From Phallusia mammillata (taxonomy: Eukaryota), in contig OZ281497.1 in the NCBI GenBank assembly GCA_965637545.1, positions 15,128,001-15,192,000 on the forward strand: a stretch of 64,000 nt of DNA, given 5' to 3'. Every line of letters begins with the position of its first letter. The stretch's first letter is position 1. Positions 1-13,300 of this stretch are shown here, piece by piece. A program made the translations under genes and the position numbers. The notes under the pieces are model-generated. The model was not told the DNA's origin, ran no database searches, and worked only from the letters and a program-made list of their open reading frames with translations.

Positions 1-51
1 TACGAAAAAATACACTTAACAACTATATTAAATTTCAATACACAATCATAC

Positions 52-1035
52 CTGAGAAGGTCGTGCGCTATGTCATAATTCTGGTTTTTAATTGCCAATA
101 AAAGAGCAGTAAAACCCTTGTTGTCCCTCAAGTCCATGTCTAAGTCATATTTAGCGAGTTTAAGTGCCAAAATTCTTGATGCTCGATGATGGCCATTCAT
201 TGCTGAAAGCATTAACGGTGTCCGACCTAAGATCACAGTTTGCATTATTTTATATTCCAACTTTATATTTACTCTAATTTTAAAGTGCAACAATTTTGTA
301 TGTGTAAGTTAGTTTGACACACATTGACCTACCCTCATGGTCTTGTTTGTTAAGTTCAACTGACCCCTCTTTTAACAGTGTTTCGATCAGATTGCTGTTG
401 CCACTTTCGCATGCATAATGCAACGAAGAACGACATTTATCGTCAATTGCGTTCACATTGACACCGCTCCTAAGCAGAATCTGTAAAAATACCCATCAAG
501 TTGTCATACACAACAGCAAACCAAAGACACAGATGATTTCATGGAAAAATTTTCAGCTAGTGTTAAAATTGTTTCAATTCACCTTCGCTATTTTATGTGC
601 CGAATCTTCACATTGCAATATAGAAGCTTTAAGCAACGGTGTTCTGTAAAAATCCTTTTTGTCTCTCAACTCGGGATCCACACCGAGTGACAACAGGAGT
701 CGCACCTACACAATAAGTTATTGGAACGTTTGCTTAAACAAAACTTTTTGTATTGTTGTTTTAATAAACAAAGCTCTACTAGATTTTAGTCCCATTCAAA
801 AGAGTCTGCACTCTCTTCAAGTTATTTCTATCGAAATGCAAGACCCTGTGTAGAGACTTCGGAAGTGGGCTTTGAAAATTAACATTTTTATCGGTTTCAA
901 TTGGGATGAAAACCTCGAATATTTTGTTACACTGACTGTCTCTGGTGCAAAGTCTGAGTTTTTTTTTTTAAAAAACGCATGTTCTCTCACCTGGTGAATT
1001 CTTTCCTCCTCTATAGCCTGGTTTAGGCAATTCAT
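52..1035 (-). CDS. Ankyrin-repeat protein (ANKRD63/ANKRD34-like), 5' part; continues beyond the window start
   Basis: Phase-consistent GT-AG exons 1035-991, 705-583, 480-333 and 226-52 give MNCLNQAIEEERIHQ|VRLLLSLGVDPELRDKKDFYRTPLLKASILQCEDSAHKIAK|ILLRSGVNVNAIDDKCRSSLHYACESGNSNLIETLLKEGSVELNKQDHEG|RTPLMLSAMNGHHRASRILALKLAKYDLDMDLRDNKGFTALLLAIKNQNYDIAHDLL. These are tandem G-x-TPL/TAL ankyrin repeats. An in-frame stop lies upstream of the ATG. The subfamily call is from recalled similarity only. Confidence 0.9.
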
Positions 1036-4000
1036 TCCTTCAAAAACTACAGACTCAGTTTATACTGCAAACTATCGGACAAATGCTGTTTAATATTAAA
1101 ACATGTGAGTATGCTTCGTCCAACGGTATCGCTCTACACAAAATATTAGCCCTTGTTTTCTAAATGAGTGTCAACATTACAGTACTAGTCTTCCAACCTG
1201 GTGATTGTAGCGAGGGTGGCTCGTCTCAGTGCCACAACAGTAATTGTTTGGAATAAGATCAAATGTCTTGTTTCGCGGAACCAAACGCCTGTCTCTTACA
1301 CAATGCGATATGTTTCGTAAACAGCTTTGCTGGTAATGTTTCGTTTAATTGCTTCGGTATTTTTATAATGCCATGAAGGCCTCAGTCTTCTCCGACGATA
1401 ATAAGAATGAAGTTTTTTTTTAGTTCTGAATCAATATATCTAATGTTTATTTGTATGACGTACAGTTATTAATATTGATTTTAACTATCAAAAAATACAC
1501 GGGGGAGCAACTAGACCGATTTCTTGCTTTAAGTCACGTTGTATTTGCGGTCAAACGATTTTCAAAGAAAGAGATGATTGTTTCAGTAACTTTGAAACAA
1601 AATACGATTAAATAACAGCTAAGCCACGTATAGTAGTGTAGTTACTGAGTAATCAGAACAAACACATTTAACACCGCCTACTCGGCGCCTATGCACGATA
1701 CAATAACCTTACGAATATAGCGGAACAATGCTTATTGCCTCCAAGAAAACAAAACAAAGCAACGTAACATATAAAGTTGTTTTGCGATTTTGTGCTTTAT
1801 TCGTGCGAGGATTGTACTAGAATTATGTGCACTTTATTTCGCCACGCTCTCTTTTGCATTTGATGGATATTCCACTTAGCCTGCAATGTAATCATCGGTT
1901 TATTGAAACTACTTGCCGTACATGCTTTACTCTTGCGACAGAATGTGGGTGATAACTAAGATTTACGTTTAGAATTCTTCGACCATATTTATTTTCTATC
2001 ATACGTTCGTAGACATGATTGAGACAGTAGTTCCGGAACACATTGCTTGTCTGCAACCCAGCTACATTTGACTTGGCAAACAGATGTCTTCAGGCAATTA
2101 TTTTGCCCTACAGTTTATGTCAAACCGCTTAACTTATTAATGTGACGCAGAAAGCTTGGCGTGATCAGTTGTGGGTCGCATATGTGGTGCAAGGAAAATA
2201 ACTTGTTCGTGCGGGCCTTTGTCCTCAAGATAAAGTAAAATACTCTTTGAGAAAGCAAATAGTTTCCGCTGTCGTATATTTTTTTCAAAGCGACTTGTTG
2301 TCAGAAAAAAAGGTTGCGCATAGATGGACGTTGTGGTATTTGGAAAACTGGTAGTTTTTATGTATAGATTGTATATATAGTTACTATATAGAAGGTATAC
2401 CTTCTTATATCTTTGTTGAAAAGGTACTTCATATCCGAAACGAATATGAAATAAGTGAAAGCCGGAGTATTTGAACAGCACATTCGCTTGTTTTGTTGTT
2501 GTTGTTTTTTCGGATGAATATCGCAATAAGAAAGTGATTGCAGACCATTAAACGTCAAAAGTTGATCGTACGTTGTATGAAAATAACAGCATGTGTAATA
2601 ATATAGCCTGCTAGAGTGGTGACGAGTTTCATCTACAGCCCAGATTCTTTCAGCAACTACTACACCTGGTGGGCTAAGTGTATTTTTATTTACCCCAAAT
2701 AGTTTGAAATTTCAATGTACTCGTTTCACAAAAGATGTATAATGTTAGAAACGAGTACCGCGTGGCGCTCATTTTGTTTTAAAAAGAATTTTAAGAGGCA
2801 TTTTATTTGCATTTGCATTTGCAAGCATTTTTTTGCATGTTGTGACTGCGCAGTCAACATGTTTTGTTTTTCCTTGGTAACTTCTTGATTTGTATATTGT
2901 GTCGAGCTACGATAGGTACAGTTGAAAACTCCTTGGAAATTACACTCGTCGGTGGAGAGCAAAATAACTTTTGCGGTCTTGGTCGTTGCAGCGTCTTCGG
3001 CTGAACAGACCATTGTGCTTTTGCTGTCGTTATTTACAGCAGGACCACAACTGAATACGTTCTTTTGCGCCGTAATTTTGCTTTTGTCTGAGCGAGCAAA
3101 CGTCATTGTCATAGTATAAACTGATCCACGGTGGTGTGCTGCCACTTGTGAATTGACTGTCTCGTTCAGAAAGTCATGTACATGTGACACACAAACTAAC
3201 ATACAAACCATAACCTCTTGTATAATTAGAATTTTTTAAACGTGCACATTTTATTTTACAAATTTGCTTGTGTTTCCTAATGTAACAAAGCCGTCACAAA
3301 ACAATTCAGTGCACACACTAGCGCCTTATACATAGCATGTACACAGAGAATTTGCCAAGTATAGATATATATCTTTATTCTTGGGATCATTGCGAAACAT
3401 TACCTCCCTTTACTCTCATAAATTGTTGGTTTGTTATAAGTTAAAAACTTGCAAAATATGAAACACAAAATATCTGCTGCAATGGATTTCGCAATTATTT
3501 CTAAATAAGTGGTTTTCGCAACAGTCCATCCAATAGTGAGGCTGTTTTTACACAACAGGGAATATGAACCAGTGTCGGAACAACGGCACTGAATGTGGAC
3601 TTTCAGTATTAACTGAATAATAAGAACACATGAAACAGTAAAGTAACACCGCTCAACGACATTTGCCGTAAAAAATATGATTTTCATGCTAACGACAAAT
3701 CTTGCAAAGGTAAAACTTTCCAAGTGCCCAAAGCACGTGACCACTACTTTCATACTTTTATTGCAACAATTTTCGGGATCATCGTGATGAATGCCCTACA
3801 TTTCTATCCTTTGGACTTTGGACTTTGGACTTGAGACTTTCAAGTTTAAAAAGGTTTAGCGGTGGTGATGTTGCAAATTTACTTTGCGAAATGACTTTGC
3901 AACTTTAACAAAGGTACCGACTAAAGAGAAATATACAAACGGATGGCAAATCTTCACAAAATAACATGACCAGGCACTTTACAGTTGATAGCTCATCGAA

Positions 4001-4627
4001 AACAGCTGAAACGTGACGAGATAGCTGCTTATACCAACCTGTGTTGTTTGAACAACCGCGGGTGTTGAAGTAAATGATTAACGCGATATTTACTCGCATG
4101 GCTTGTGCCAAACAATGACTGTAGAAATTCTTATATAAGGGTGTCGCATGCCAAAAGGCATCAAAAGGGTGATTGAAAAGCAAAGGTGAATTAAGGCTAC
4201 AAGGTGTATGAGTTTTGTCACGTAAATGGGAAATAGTTATCCTTGTACAGCCTTGTGCCAAATGTAAATCATGTTTTTTTGTTTACATTCGATAAACAGC
4301 TCGCATGCAACAGTTTTTTTTCAAGAACTGTGGTGTGAAACATTGCCAGAAGGGAAAGTTTTGTTTTCTGGCAGACTGTCAATGTTGTCCAAAATTTGAC
4401 TTTTGTTTAGGACTTTTGTGAGCCATCTTAATTGTTTTCGCAAAGATTTAACCAAAAAGTTTAAGATTTTTTTGGGGTTGTTAATTCTTTTCAATTAAGT
4501 TATGAGTTTCTTGCTGTGTTTTGATAAAATCAATTCTTTTGGCGTATTTTTATTTGCGCCGTTTTTGGTATAGTTGACCAAATTAACTTGTGTTTAAAAA
4601 ATAAGTACTGCGAAACAGGTTGAAGTC

Positions 4628-7600
4628 ATGTCTATTCCACCGGCCATCGTCAATCCCACACTGCAATATAAGCAGGTAAATACACGCGAACTGCAAGTTA
4701 TGTTTGTAATTACGGCCGCATTTAACCATCATTTTTACCATAGATTTTTATCAACAACGAATGGGTGGATTCTGTGAGTGGTAAAACGTTTGCAACATAC
4801 AATCCAGCAACCGAGGTTAAAATTTGTGACGTACAAGAAGGGGACAAGGTACAACAATTACCCATTTGGTAACATTTTAACATTTAACAATTCTGCTTGC
4901 ACGACCGATAAATTTGCAGGCAGACGTGGATAAAGCCGTTGCTGCCGCCAGAAAAGCTTTTGAATTAGGTTCAAAATGGCGAACCATGGACGCATCCAAA
5001 CGAGGCGAATTACTGATGAAACTTGCAGATTTAATGGAGCGGGATAGAGCAATACTTGCAGTAAGTTTGATGTTTGCCTTGACCAGTGGTTCCCAAACTG
5101 TGGGCCATGGCCCAGTACTAGGCCACCAAGACATTCTCAATGGGCCACAAGGTCATTTGAAAAGATTCTACTGTCTTGTTATACTGTAGATATTATGTGC
5201 TTTGTTTAAAAAAAACATAATATTTGCAAAACAACAACTTTAAATTGTAAATATGAAGTCCCAAGCAGCGCAACCGTCTTGAAGTTGAGCAAGATATTCG
5301 CTGTGCTCTGTCATCAACAGAGCCAAGAGTTCCGAATCTTTTAGCCAAATTTCAGGAGCATGTGATGGTATCTCATAAAAAAAATTGCAAGAAACCATTT
5401 CGCCTGTTTTGAGTTTTCATAGAAATTGTTTGTGCCCAAATTGGCTAGACCAAGTAACTTCCAACAATCGTTATGTGTTCAGAGTCTCGAAACACTTGAC
5501 AACGGTAAACCTTATGCAGAGGCGTACAATGTGGATTTAGGTCTGACCATTTCTTGCTACAAGTAAGTTAAGCTAGCAAACATTCGGCACCCTTTTGTAA
5601 TGATGGCGGTAAACATGATATGTACTTCATCTTAAAGTCATTCGCTACTAAAGTACTTGGCATAATAGAAGAGCGTTTCACTGGGAATTAGGTAGCCTAT
5701 AATAACAATAAATATATTTTTTATAGATATCACGCTGGTTGGGCGGATAAAATCCATGGAAAGGTTGTTCCTATGGGTATGTAATGATTCTTTAATCTCG
5801 GTACCTGCGTTATCATGACCTACCAACAAGAATTTTCTTCAGAGGGCGATTTCTTCTGCTACACACGTTACGAACCGATTGGAGTTTGCGGGCAAATTAT
5901 CCCATGGAATGTTCCTCTTATCATGCAAGCCTGGAAACTGGCTCCAGCTCTTGCATGCGGCAACACAGTTGTTATGAAACCATCGGAAGAGACTTCACTG
6001 TCGGCTCTTCACGTGTGTGCATTGATCAAGGAGGTGCGACAAATTAACCTGTTTTCAACCTTATTTGCTTAATTTTTCTGGGGGCTAATCTTTTTCACAA
6101 TATACAGTCATAATCATTAATTGAATAAATCACGTAAGCCTTTCCCTAACAATCCATGTAACGCCAGACACAAGTATGGCAAGAGGTTAAGTTTATTTGC
6201 ACACTTTCAAAGAGTATGTAACCAGCACAAAGAAAGTATTTCACATATGACGATCATTGCTGCGAAGTTTATTGGTGAATCTGTTTTATAACTTCCTAGG
6301 CTGGATTTCCCCCTGGTGTGGTGAACGTTGTACCAGGCTACGGACCAACAGTGGGAGCAGCTATTTCCGAGCACATGAACATTGACAAGGTGGCTTTTAC
6401 CGGATCGCTCGCGGTAAGTGTATTGACATGATTCCCTTGTTCCGCAAAATGTCAACCGCCATTTACCAAAGTCCCCAACACTGTAATCCACTGACCGACT
6501 TCTATGTCCTAGATTTTTGGTTTTCCCAAACCAAACCAAAATCGCCGATAGCTTATGGAATGTGACAGGATTTGGCGTATTATTAGTTGTGTATTAAACA
6601 AAACTAACAGACGAGGATTAAATCAAAACAAATAAATAATGCAAATGTTGTATCCGCAATTTTTTGTGTTATAGGTGGGACGAAAGGTTATGACAGCTGC
6701 AGCAAATAGCAATTTGAAGAAATGTAGTTTAGAGTTGGGAGGAAAAAGTCCTAACATCGTGTTTGCTGATTCTGATCTAGAGGAAGCAATTGAGAAAAGT
6801 CACAATGGAATTTTCTTCAATCAGGTAGAAATTTATTTTATTGAATATAATGTTGTCGGTAGTTTAAGATATATCGACAAACGTTTCGGTAAACTCATAC
6901 TTTGATTACTCTTAGGGTCAAGTCTGCTGCTCGGGCTCTCGAATATTCGTCGAGGAAAAGGTATACGACGAGTTTGTAGAGAAAAGTGTGGAAAAAGCCA
7001 AAAATCGTGTGGTTGGTGATCCTTGGCAGGAGTCGACACAACAAGGAGCACAGGTTTACCTCTTTCCATTACTTTCACGCGGATGATTTATAATACTTAT
7101 GCGTAAATACGTTGTTTGGAACAATCAGTGTTGACATGACATTTTAATAGGTGAAGTTGTCAATATAGGCTACTTGGCCATGGATGACATAAACAACTTA
7201 TTATTAATGATTTGGTTTTGTACATCGTTTTACAATATTATTACAAAATGCCGGAAACTGCAAAGTTACAATACTAGATTATGCTGTTTTGCCTTTAAAG
7301 ATCAACACATCGCAGATGAACAGAGTCATGCGTTTCATCGAATCCGGTAAGAAAGAGGGGGCTAAACTTTTGTGCGGGGGCAACCGCATCGGTGAGAGAG
7401 GCCATTTCATTGAGCCCACCGTATTTTCTGACGTCACAGACGAAATGGAAATTGCAAAGGAAGAGGTAAGAAACAATACATTCTTGTTTGTTTTATTTCT
7501 AACTTGTTGTTGCTTTTTAGATATTCGGACCAGTGCAACCGATTTTAAAATTTACATCAATTGACGAGGTCATTAAACGTGCCAACAACACCTGCTACGG

Positions 7601-8103
7601 ATTGGCTGCGGCGGTTTTTACGAACGACATTAACAAGGCGATGGCGGTTGCACATGGAGTACAAGCCGGTGTTGTCTGGTAAGCAGTTGAACAAACTATA
7701 TACGGGTTAACGGACTTTACAAGCATATATGGCGCTTGTGGTTAAGCATCAAGAAAAGTTTGCGTTATAAAGCTTTTCGTATAGCTAAAGAGTGGGTTCT
7801 CAGGCTAATATGAAAACGAGACGAAAACAACAACTTGCATTAAAGATTAAACCAAGGGTTTTCATATCCTTGTCGTTTTTTAGGGTAAATACGTATTACG
7901 GTTTGACCAACGTGGTACCATTCGGGGGATACAAACAGTCTGGCATTGGAAGAGAAATGGGAGAAGATGGTCTGAAGGAATACTGCGAAATCAAAACCGT
8001 AAGTTTGCTATTTGTACCAAATTGTGGATGTAGAATTGTGTCAAACGTTGTCTTTTTCAAATTTTTACAGGTCATTACCAAAGTCGCTCAGAAGAATTCT
8101 TAA
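4628..8103 (+). CDS. ALDH1A: Cytosolic ALDH1/2-family aldehyde dehydrogenase (ALDH1A-like), ~495 aa, 13 exons
   Basis: Exons 4628-4675, 4744-4848, 4920-5060, 5483-5562, 5727-5776, 5843-6033, 6300-6413, 6675-6824, 6916-7053, 7301-7465, 7521-7678, 7884-7998 and 8071-8103, all GT-AG and in phase. Motifs [24 protein letters not shown] (general-base Glu), FNQGQVCC (catalytic Cys), [16 protein letters not shown] and QKNS*. No mitochondrial leader. ALDH1 versus ALDH2 is less certain than the family call. Confidence 0.95.
5084..5400 (+). mobile_element. Internally deleted hAT-Charlie element in ALDH intron 3 (left TIR plus transposase 3' end)
   Basis: Starts CAGTGGTTCCCAAACTGTGGGCC (Charlie-type TIR). 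5253-5376 translates, with one frameshift, as [41 protein letters not shown], the characteristic Charlie transposase C-terminus. No right TIR found; right boundary approximate. Confidence 0.75.
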
Positions 8104-8629
8104 AGATCTCTGTTGGAATAAGGAAACGAAGAATTTTGTTTCTATTGTGATTTTTTTGACAAAAAGGCTAACACGTTTAAAAGCAATTAGTTCTTGTTAT
8201 TGGTGTTATTGACCTGTAATGATTGTCAGTATCTGTGTCATTGAGAAACCCTTACACTAAAACGCAAATACAATTGTGTATGAATGTAAAACAAATTACT
8301 TGTTCAACTTGAGGCTATTTTTTGTCGGTTGTTACATTTATTTTGTAATGCACTGATCATTCGGCTTGTGAGATGGGCTATTTCGATACCATGGCATAAC
8401 GTATAGCCTACTGTCATTTTACCGTGACTAAGTTATATGAGGAGAGTTTGCAGTGTATAGTATAGTTGTACTTTAGCACACTATTTTGTTTTATATTTAC
8501 CACACTATTTTGACTGGATGGTCATTCAATAATCAGTCTATAATAAGAACGACTTCTGGCTCCTTGCAGTGCAACATGTGGTTTCGACGTTACCACATTA
8601 GACGAAAGCAACCATAGTCCCGTTATTTG

Positions 8630-9610
8630 ACGAAGTTATATTGGAGACACGTCAAATTGACGTCAAATTGTTTTGGTTTTTAATGTTAGATAAAACAGTA
8701 AAACGCAAACCAGACTCAGACTCATTTGACCTTCAAAGCTTACTGGGTAAAATAGCTAGAGCATGACGAAGTATAGGTTATGCAAACATGGCACGAGCTG
8801 TATTCTTGAGAGCCACGGGTGTTTCTATAGAAACATTCACATCAGGCCATTTTGCTATTGTGACTTTTCTTTCGTAACAGTTATGAGTATGTTGTGGATA
8901 TCTTTCGACTTGGATTTATTACTTGTGGAGGTGCATTCGTATTCTTGATTTTATGGACTATTCTCCACTCGAGTTTCGTATTTACATTGAGGCCACCGAT
9001 TACCGTTACTTAAATAGCCTACTTCACTATTTAAAAGTAGATTTATTAAGAACCACTGATACACTTATTCAACGATTCTGGGGAAAAAGCCGATCCTAAA
9101 CAATAAGCTTAGTAAGTTTTTGTCTGGATTTTTTGATGAGCATGGGGCCCGAGGTTACTAAATGAGACCCACGATTTATTGACGAATGTTTGAAAGGAGA
9201 GATTGAGAACCACCGTATTAAAGAAATAAAGATCAGTAGGCCTGTTCTTAAGTTTATAATCAAACTATGTAAAATAAAATAAAAGATTAAATAGTTTAAA
9301 AGGCCGAGAGTAAAAAATGATTTCCAAGCAACTGAAACAGTCAATAATGAATTTGCTTGGAATAGATGTATTTCGCCTAACTGGTAACCTCAGTTCCTAC
9401 AGAACCACCTACCAAACATAATTAAAGACCAATAAAATTCTCAGTTATTTATTGTCGTAAACAATGATCGTCAATGACCATGCTTTCGGTTGGAGGATCT
9501 GAAATTGCTCAGTATAATCACTCTCTGTTCTTTGAGGCATAACACCTGAGTAAAGTTACACCGTTTTGTATTGCATTCTTCACACAACAGTAACAATCTG
9601 TTGGGGTTTA
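8630..9610 (-). pseudogene. Possible heavily decayed hAT (Charlie/ZBED-like) transposase remnant
   Basis: Interrupted minus-strand frames give, in the expected order, LLCEE, LNLSFQ, FFP..QW..N and A*PILRHALAILP..ESGLRFTVLSNIKNQNNL..RVSNI, resembling Charlie C-terminal motifs. Many stops and frameshifts; by-eye match only; boundaries approximate. Confidence 0.35.
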
Positions 9611-9727
9611 AAACACTATATAACTGTAATTATAGTCAAATTATAACGTCACTTTACCATTACAGTTCCATTGTTAAACGGTTACGTAAACAGCAAGGAC
9701 AACGAAAAAACAGGGGCTATCTGGCAA

Positions 9728-9865
9728 GGTAGAAATACTAACACTGAGCTTCAGCTTTGGCCCGGCCTGAGAACTTCTGGTAGGTAACGCCTATGCTCTG
9801 TTGCGCCACCTACCAGAAGTTATCAGGCCGGGCCAAAGCTGAAGCTCAGTGTTAGTAGCTCTACC
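9728..9865. mobile_element. 138-bp foldback MITE, Mutator-like
   Basis: 58-bp arms 9728-9785 and 9808-9865 are reverse complements with 3 mismatches, separated by a 22-nt spacer. Flanks ATCTGGCAA / GTCTGGCAA form a 9-bp duplication with one mismatch. Confidence 0.8.
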
Positions 9866-10321
9866 GTCTGGCAAAGTGTCCTGTAATAACTGTAAACTCT
9901 CTGTTTATGTTGTTACTATTACATCAAATTATTTTCTTATTGTCGAATTGCGAATCCTGGTTTAGATTTATGTCTTTTTTCGAACAAGGAGTATAGTTTT
10001 AATACTTGATAATTTATAACAATATTTACAATTTAACAACAATATTTGGGACATAACAAATGCTAGATTTGTGAACAACGACAATAATATATTTATCTGC
10101 CGCTGGACATGCCGAGACATTATAGAAATCTTACACAACAAATTACTCAACCGAGAAATATCCGTTGGCGATCTAGGTAATTTTACAAACGCGGCAAATA
10201 GGAATTGTAAACGGTAAAAGTTGTTTGGTTTGTCTTTTATATTTGGAGGCCAGCTGCAAAACTACGGCTGCTTTGCGTGTAGGTTAAAACAGTTACTTGA
10301 ACTTTTAAGGATCTGAAAAAA

Positions 10322-13300
10322 ATGACGGAGACGCTGTACTCAGAAACGCACAAAGTTAATTTAAAATGTCAGGACACGGAGGACAAGTAAGTTCGTATGT
10401 TTGTGCTTAGATTTTTGCAGTGTCACAAGCATACACGTTAAGTTTTTATTGCATGCTGACCATGTTATTATTACGTCTTACTTTGCTGTAGTAGTTTTGG
10501 AGTTCATGTCAACCAAATGCAGCAAATGGCAATTTATCTAACATTCGTTAATTTATTCCTTAGGCAAGTTTTCATCAAGATTACCGTGGAAGTACAAACA
10601 ACAGTGTCACCATTACACAGAAAAGATTTGCTGGTTCGACTAACAGATGATAAAGATCCTTTTTTCCTGTACAATCTTTGTCTCGGTGAAGAAGATTTTC
10701 AAAGGTTTTGACAAGTTACATTAATTGAAATGATGATAGCAATAATACCACATACTCTAAATCAGTAATTTATATCACAGCACCAGTTTTTATAGAAAAT
10801 TGTATAAAATGGCTACAAAGCTCCACTGGTGTTCTATGTTAATCTATAACAACATCAGAACTAATGGGAAAGTAATGTTTGTGCCATATCAGAGGCTTGT
10901 GGTGCAAAATATAACTATACCTGATCTTGTAGAAAAAACTAAATGCATGTTGGTGTTTCTGCAGTAGTAAAAGCATCTAATAACACAATCATTGAATTTG
11001 TTTTAGCTTAAAGACTCAACAAGGACTTTTGGTGGACTTTAGTGCTTTTCCCCAGCGTTTTATTGCTCTGTTGCAACAATGTTACAGTGAAGAAATGAGA
11101 GATACACCAAAGTTTTTGCTTCAAGTAAGCCCTTACATACTTATTGGACAATGCAACTTGTCAGTAAAGATTACTACAAATATTTTTTGTCAATTATAAA
11201 TTTAGTTTGATGTTGATGAAAACACATGTGGTGGTTTTGGTGGCATGAGCTTTGGCAATGGAGTCTTAAAAGTGATTGAAACAAATCCTTTTAAACATCT
11301 TACCCACCTGTGTTTGAATCTCGTCCCTGGAAATGACAGTGATGTCAAGAAGTATCTTGCAACTTGCTTGAAGATTTCTATGGTAAGCAAGTATTGACCA
11401 TGTTATTTTTTTAAATTGCTATAATTGTTAATGCAGATGATTCCAGTTAAATGCGTTGGGTTGTACTGGAATTTATATTTAACCCTGTTTTTACAACTAA
11501 TCATGGGCTACGGTTTGAGAATATAATGATATGAAATGAATGCATTTGTTTAAAGGGAGTTATTTGTAATTTTGTTTTTTCGAACAGGAAAGACAGAGGA
11601 CACTGGAGGAAAAACTACAGCAAACTGAACATGATTTAAAGCATAAGTTGGAACAAACAAGACAGCAGCTATCAGACAGGTCTAGGGATTTGGATCAGCT
11701 TAGGATTGAATCTGGGGGTAGATCAGAGAGATTGACTACCCAACACACAAGGGAATTAAATCTAGAGAGAGAAAAGGCACTTAAAGTATGGAAACATTAT
11801 TAACTTTATTACCATGGCTAAAACTTTAAAGTTTAGTTTAAAGTTTTGTGTCTTTACTTTTGTAAAGTTTATGTTACAAACACCAGCATTGTGCTTTTGT
11901 TTAAGGAATAACATGTTTGTCTTGGTAGGTAATACTATTTTCTTATTATTTAGATTCAGGAAGAACTGCAGCAACGATATGACCGAGAAAGAAAGGAGAG
12001 TGAGGTCGGATATCAAAAAGCAATTAGGCAAAAGGAAGCAAGACTTTCTGACCTGGAAAACATTAACAAGGTTGGCATTTGGTAAACTGAAAGTAAATTT
12101 ATTTTGCACTAAATGTAAAATATTTTAAATCTGAAGAATTTAGGTAGTTTTAATTGCAAAAATGCAAAACAGTACTTTTGCAGGATTTAACAGACCGAAG
12201 GTATCGAGCTGAAGCAACCATAAGGGAACTAAAAACAAAACTGAATTCTTTGGAGGAAGAGCATCGGAGATGTAGAAATGATTTGCAGCAAGCAAGAAGG
12301 GAGAACTGCTCTCTTGATGCTGAGCGACATGCACAGGTCTGCATAGCATTTATGTTATTTATGTTAAAAATTGCTATATTTCAATTGGCTGAGGATACTC
12401 ATTTCTACATCTCCGATGCTCTGAATCTTTTGTTTGTCATTTGCTGCGTTTCTTTTCCCACAACAATTTGACATGTTTTTTTCCAAATTGCCATGTAAGA
12501 TTTAGACAACCTCTGAAATAAATAACACTACCACTAGTGCATTTTAAAACCTTATAATTATGATTTTTTTTGTTTCAGGACAAAAGCATTCAACAGTTGA
12601 AAACAAGAGTAGCTGTGCTTGAACAGGAATTACTGGACAAGGAGCAGCTTGTGTCCAGGATCACATCATCACTTGATGCCTCTCAACAACAGAAAGATCA
12701 ACTGGATGAGAGAAAAACTGAACAACAAGGGCAAATAAGAAAACTTGAGGCAACTGTAAAAGAAATGTCTGAAGAATTGCAAAAGGTCAGTACATCTCAA
12801 TTTCTAAAAAAGCCTACTATTTGTTTCAATACAGTACAAAATATTTCACTAGTGCATGATGTTTATACATTAGGCCTCTTTTTCAATACTTTTTCTAATG
12901 TTTGAATCCATATTTTAAAAGCAGTTTCATTACATATTTTAATAAACCCAAATTACTTATCCACTGCTTTGAACAGGGAAATGAAATTATTAGAAAACTT
13001 CAAGATGAAAGAAGGGGTTATATCAGTAAAGTAAAAATCAAGAATGAGGTTACCACGAGACAGGAATATCTAATTGGGGAAAAGGATCAAGCTATTGACA
13101 AAATGAAAAGAGAAATTGATGAAAAGTCCACCACTTTAAAGGTTTGACTTGTAATGTAATTTTTTGGTTTTATGTTATCTTAATTTTATCTGTTGTTGCA
13201 GAAATGTGAGGAGGAAGTAGCCAGACTAAAAGATCAAGTCACAGTTACTCTTGAAAAGTTAGAAGAAAGCAAAGGACTGCTAAAAACAAATGAAAATGGT

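Noticed and set aside
2390-2405. Perfect 16-bp palindrome AGAAGGTATACCTTCT
   Set aside because: About one or two such palindromes are expected by chance in 64 kb of AT-rich DNA, and there is no supporting context.
8683-8877. Plus-strand ORF with an in-frame TGA (MLDK...IARA*RSIGYANM...) as a possible selenoprotein
   Set aside because: No CxxU or other redox motif, no SECIS recognised, and the opposite strand is better explained as decayed transposase.
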